DNA of 64,000 nucleotides from Scyliorhinus canicula (Eukaryota): contig NC_052154.1 in NCBI RefSeq assembly GCF_902713615.1, positions 175,221,988 to 175,285,987 of the forward strand, given 5' to 3'. The notes beneath the pieces were generated by a model. The model saw nothing but the letters and a program-made list of their open reading frames with translations. It made no database searches and had not been told where the DNA came from. This document shows, one piece after another, positions 62,046 through 64,000 of this stretch (position 1 is the stretch's first letter; the number at the start of each line of letters is the position of its first letter). A program made the translations under genes and the position numbers.

Positions 62046-62482
62046 ACATACATAACATTCCACATATCACACTAACCATAAATCAACAAGGAACAGGCAT
62101 GTTGCCATGCACACACAAGTAGCTTTCCGCGAAAGAATATTGGTACAAACAGTTCATTTCCATAAAGAGAACCAAACACCTGATTGTATCCACACACACA
62201 CACACACAGGTTGTCAACAGAATGGAGGATCCTTTCTGTGCGGTCATTTTACGTATCAGTCTCTGCCCATGAGCTTCCATTGTACCGGCCTTCTTATACG
62301 GCCTAACTACATTGGAACCAAAGCTCGGTGCCCGCATGTTCCACTGACGTTCAAGGTGCAGTAAAACAGCCCCGACGTCCAGCATGTTTGACTCATGACA
62401 AAGTGTTAGTCGACATGTAGTACTAACTACACTCACAATACAATTATCAGCAATCTGCAAAAAGTAACACCTTCATCAAGTT

Positions 62483-62855
62483 GCTCATTCGGATCAATTC
62501 GCCCCTATCTCTTCCTCCAGCAGCTCCCAGCAGTGGAAACTCGCACCGAACCAGAGCACACCAGAAGAGAGAAACACCTCCCCGTTCCCATTCTCCAGCC
62601 CAGCAGGAGGTCATCTTACCATCCTTCCTTTCCTTACTCCAGGCCACAAAAGCAAAGAGGCGGCAGCAAATAAACACACAGCCTCCAGGCACCTGCAGCT
62701 GCAAGCAGCAAACACCACTCATTCGGATCAGTCTGCCCCTCTCTCCCCCTCGTGCAGCTCCCAGCAGGAGCCTTATCAGCAATGTAAAGTCGCAGCAACC
62801 CAGAGCACGCCAGAAGAAAGAAAGAGCTCCTATTCTCCTTCTCCAACCCAAGCAA
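62483..62855. repeat. Diverged direct repeat, ~235-bp period
   Basis: ctcattcggatca..gcagctcccagcag..ccagagcac.ccagaaga..ttctcca.ccc.agca occurs at ~62484 and ~62718. Confidence 0.65.
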
Positions 62856-63044
62856 TAGGTCAGCTTCAATCTTTGGCATGCCCAGATCAGTGCCGGGCAT
62901 AACGGTGTGGTTAAATCACACCCATTGTCTAAGTTGCAAAGTGGAATGTGCCAACAAAGATTTGTTAAAAATATTTAACGGCCAAGTTATTCAGTTAAAT
63001 CTTTGCAAATTTAAATACCCAGAGGATTATCTGCAGGTCCTTTT

Positions 63045-63335
63045 TCATGGACTCCCTACACTTCACAAGCAGGCCATTCGGCTCAGTGAGTCTGCAACCC
63101 ACCTGGGCCCAATCCCCTATCCCCATAACCCCACCCATGGGCAATTTATCATGGCCAACCCACCTAACCTGCACATCTTTGGACTGTGGGAGGAAACCTG
63201 AGCACCCGGAGGAAACCCACGCGGACACGGAGGGAAAGTGCAAATTCCACACACAGTCACCTAAGGTCGGAATTGAACGCGGGTCCCTGGAGTTATGAGG
63301 CAGCAGTGCTAATCACTGTGCCACCGTGTTGCCCG
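63045..63335 (-). mobile_element. HE1-type SINE
   Basis: Inverse head, core and tail. Confidence 0.8.
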
Positions 63336-63604
63336 TACTGCTGTGATGTGTGAGTTTTGGACTGCAGTCTTTGCCAATAATATTAAAAATAAGACTAATA
63401 TAAAAGGCACTTTTTTTTAACAAATGCACAACTAGAACAAGTCAGGAATTGGTTTAAAAATCTTCATCCTTATCTGTTCAATCGAAATGGGCATTCATCG
63501 TTTAAATGGGATTTATTGTAAATACACCTCTCCGTATTGAGAAACACTGCGAAGCTAAAGCAACCCACAAGATGGCAGTATCTTACATGTCTACAACCAA
63601 AGGA

Positions 63605-63803
63605 CAGTAAGAGGTATGACAACACCAGGTTAAAGTCCAACAGGTTTATTTGGAATCACTAGCTTTCGGAGCGAGTGAGGTGAGTGATGAAGGAGCTACG
63701 CTCTGAAAGCTCATGATTCCCAATAAACCTGTTGGACTTTAACCTGGTGTTGTAAGACTTCTTACTGAGCCCACCCAGTCCAACGCCGGCATCTCCACAT
63801 CAT
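63605..63803. mobile_element. Penelope-derived foldback mini-element (same family as 4811-4983, opposite orientation)
   Basis: Inverted repeat arms. 13-bp TSD TACAACCAAAGGA at 63592-63604 and 63804-63816. Confidence 0.75.
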
Positions 63804-63877
63804 TACAACCAAAGGAGATAGAGAACCCTGGTAAATGAAAAGAAGGTTTACTGGTGGTGGAGGGTAATTCATTCAAA

Positions 63878-64000
63878 AGTTAGCACTGCTGCCTCACAGT
63901 GCCAGGGACCTGGATTCAATTCCAGCCTCGGGTGACTGTCTGTGTGGAGTTTGGACTTTTTCCCTGTGTCTGCATGGATTTCCTCCAGCTGCTCCGGTTT
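63878..64000 (+). mobile_element. HE1-type SINE, truncated by the window end
   Basis: gttagcactgctgcctcacagtgccagggacc..gctccggttt. Confidence 0.75.

Noticed and set aside
59300-64000. Exons of the next syntenic gene (FAM180B/C1QTNF4)
   Set aside because: No recognisable coding similarity in this stretch.

Overview
Vertebrate genomic DNA, almost certainly a cartilaginous fish (inferred from abundant HE1-type tRNA-SINEs and HER1/CR1 LINE fragments). It holds three complete multi-exon genes in the same order and orientation as the human 11p11.2 cluster: PTPMT1 (+, 4 coding exons, 195 aa), KBTBD4 (-, 3 coding exons, 522 aa, probable non-coding exon 1) and NDUFS3 (+, 7 exons, 261 aa). KBTBD4 and NDUFS3 are head-to-head. 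Exons were placed by hand from GT-AG sites, phase continuity and recalled orthologue sequences. The rest is mostly mobile DNA: a young pol-less LTR element, L1s (one with a 16-bp TSD), CR1, Penelope relics, a Tigger-like MITE and many SINEs. The most unusual observations are: (1) a ~3 kb G-rich minisatellite in PTPMT1 intron 1 whose units carry a metal-response-element core; (2) a GC-box minisatellite inside the KBTBD4/NDUFS3 bidirectional promoter, crossed by an antisense ORF one base out of frame with KBTBD4; (3) four stacked Tx1-like 3' ends sharing a junction motif; (4) a ~310 bp segment duplicated between introns of PTPMT1 and KBTBD4. Repeat boundaries without TSDs are approximate.
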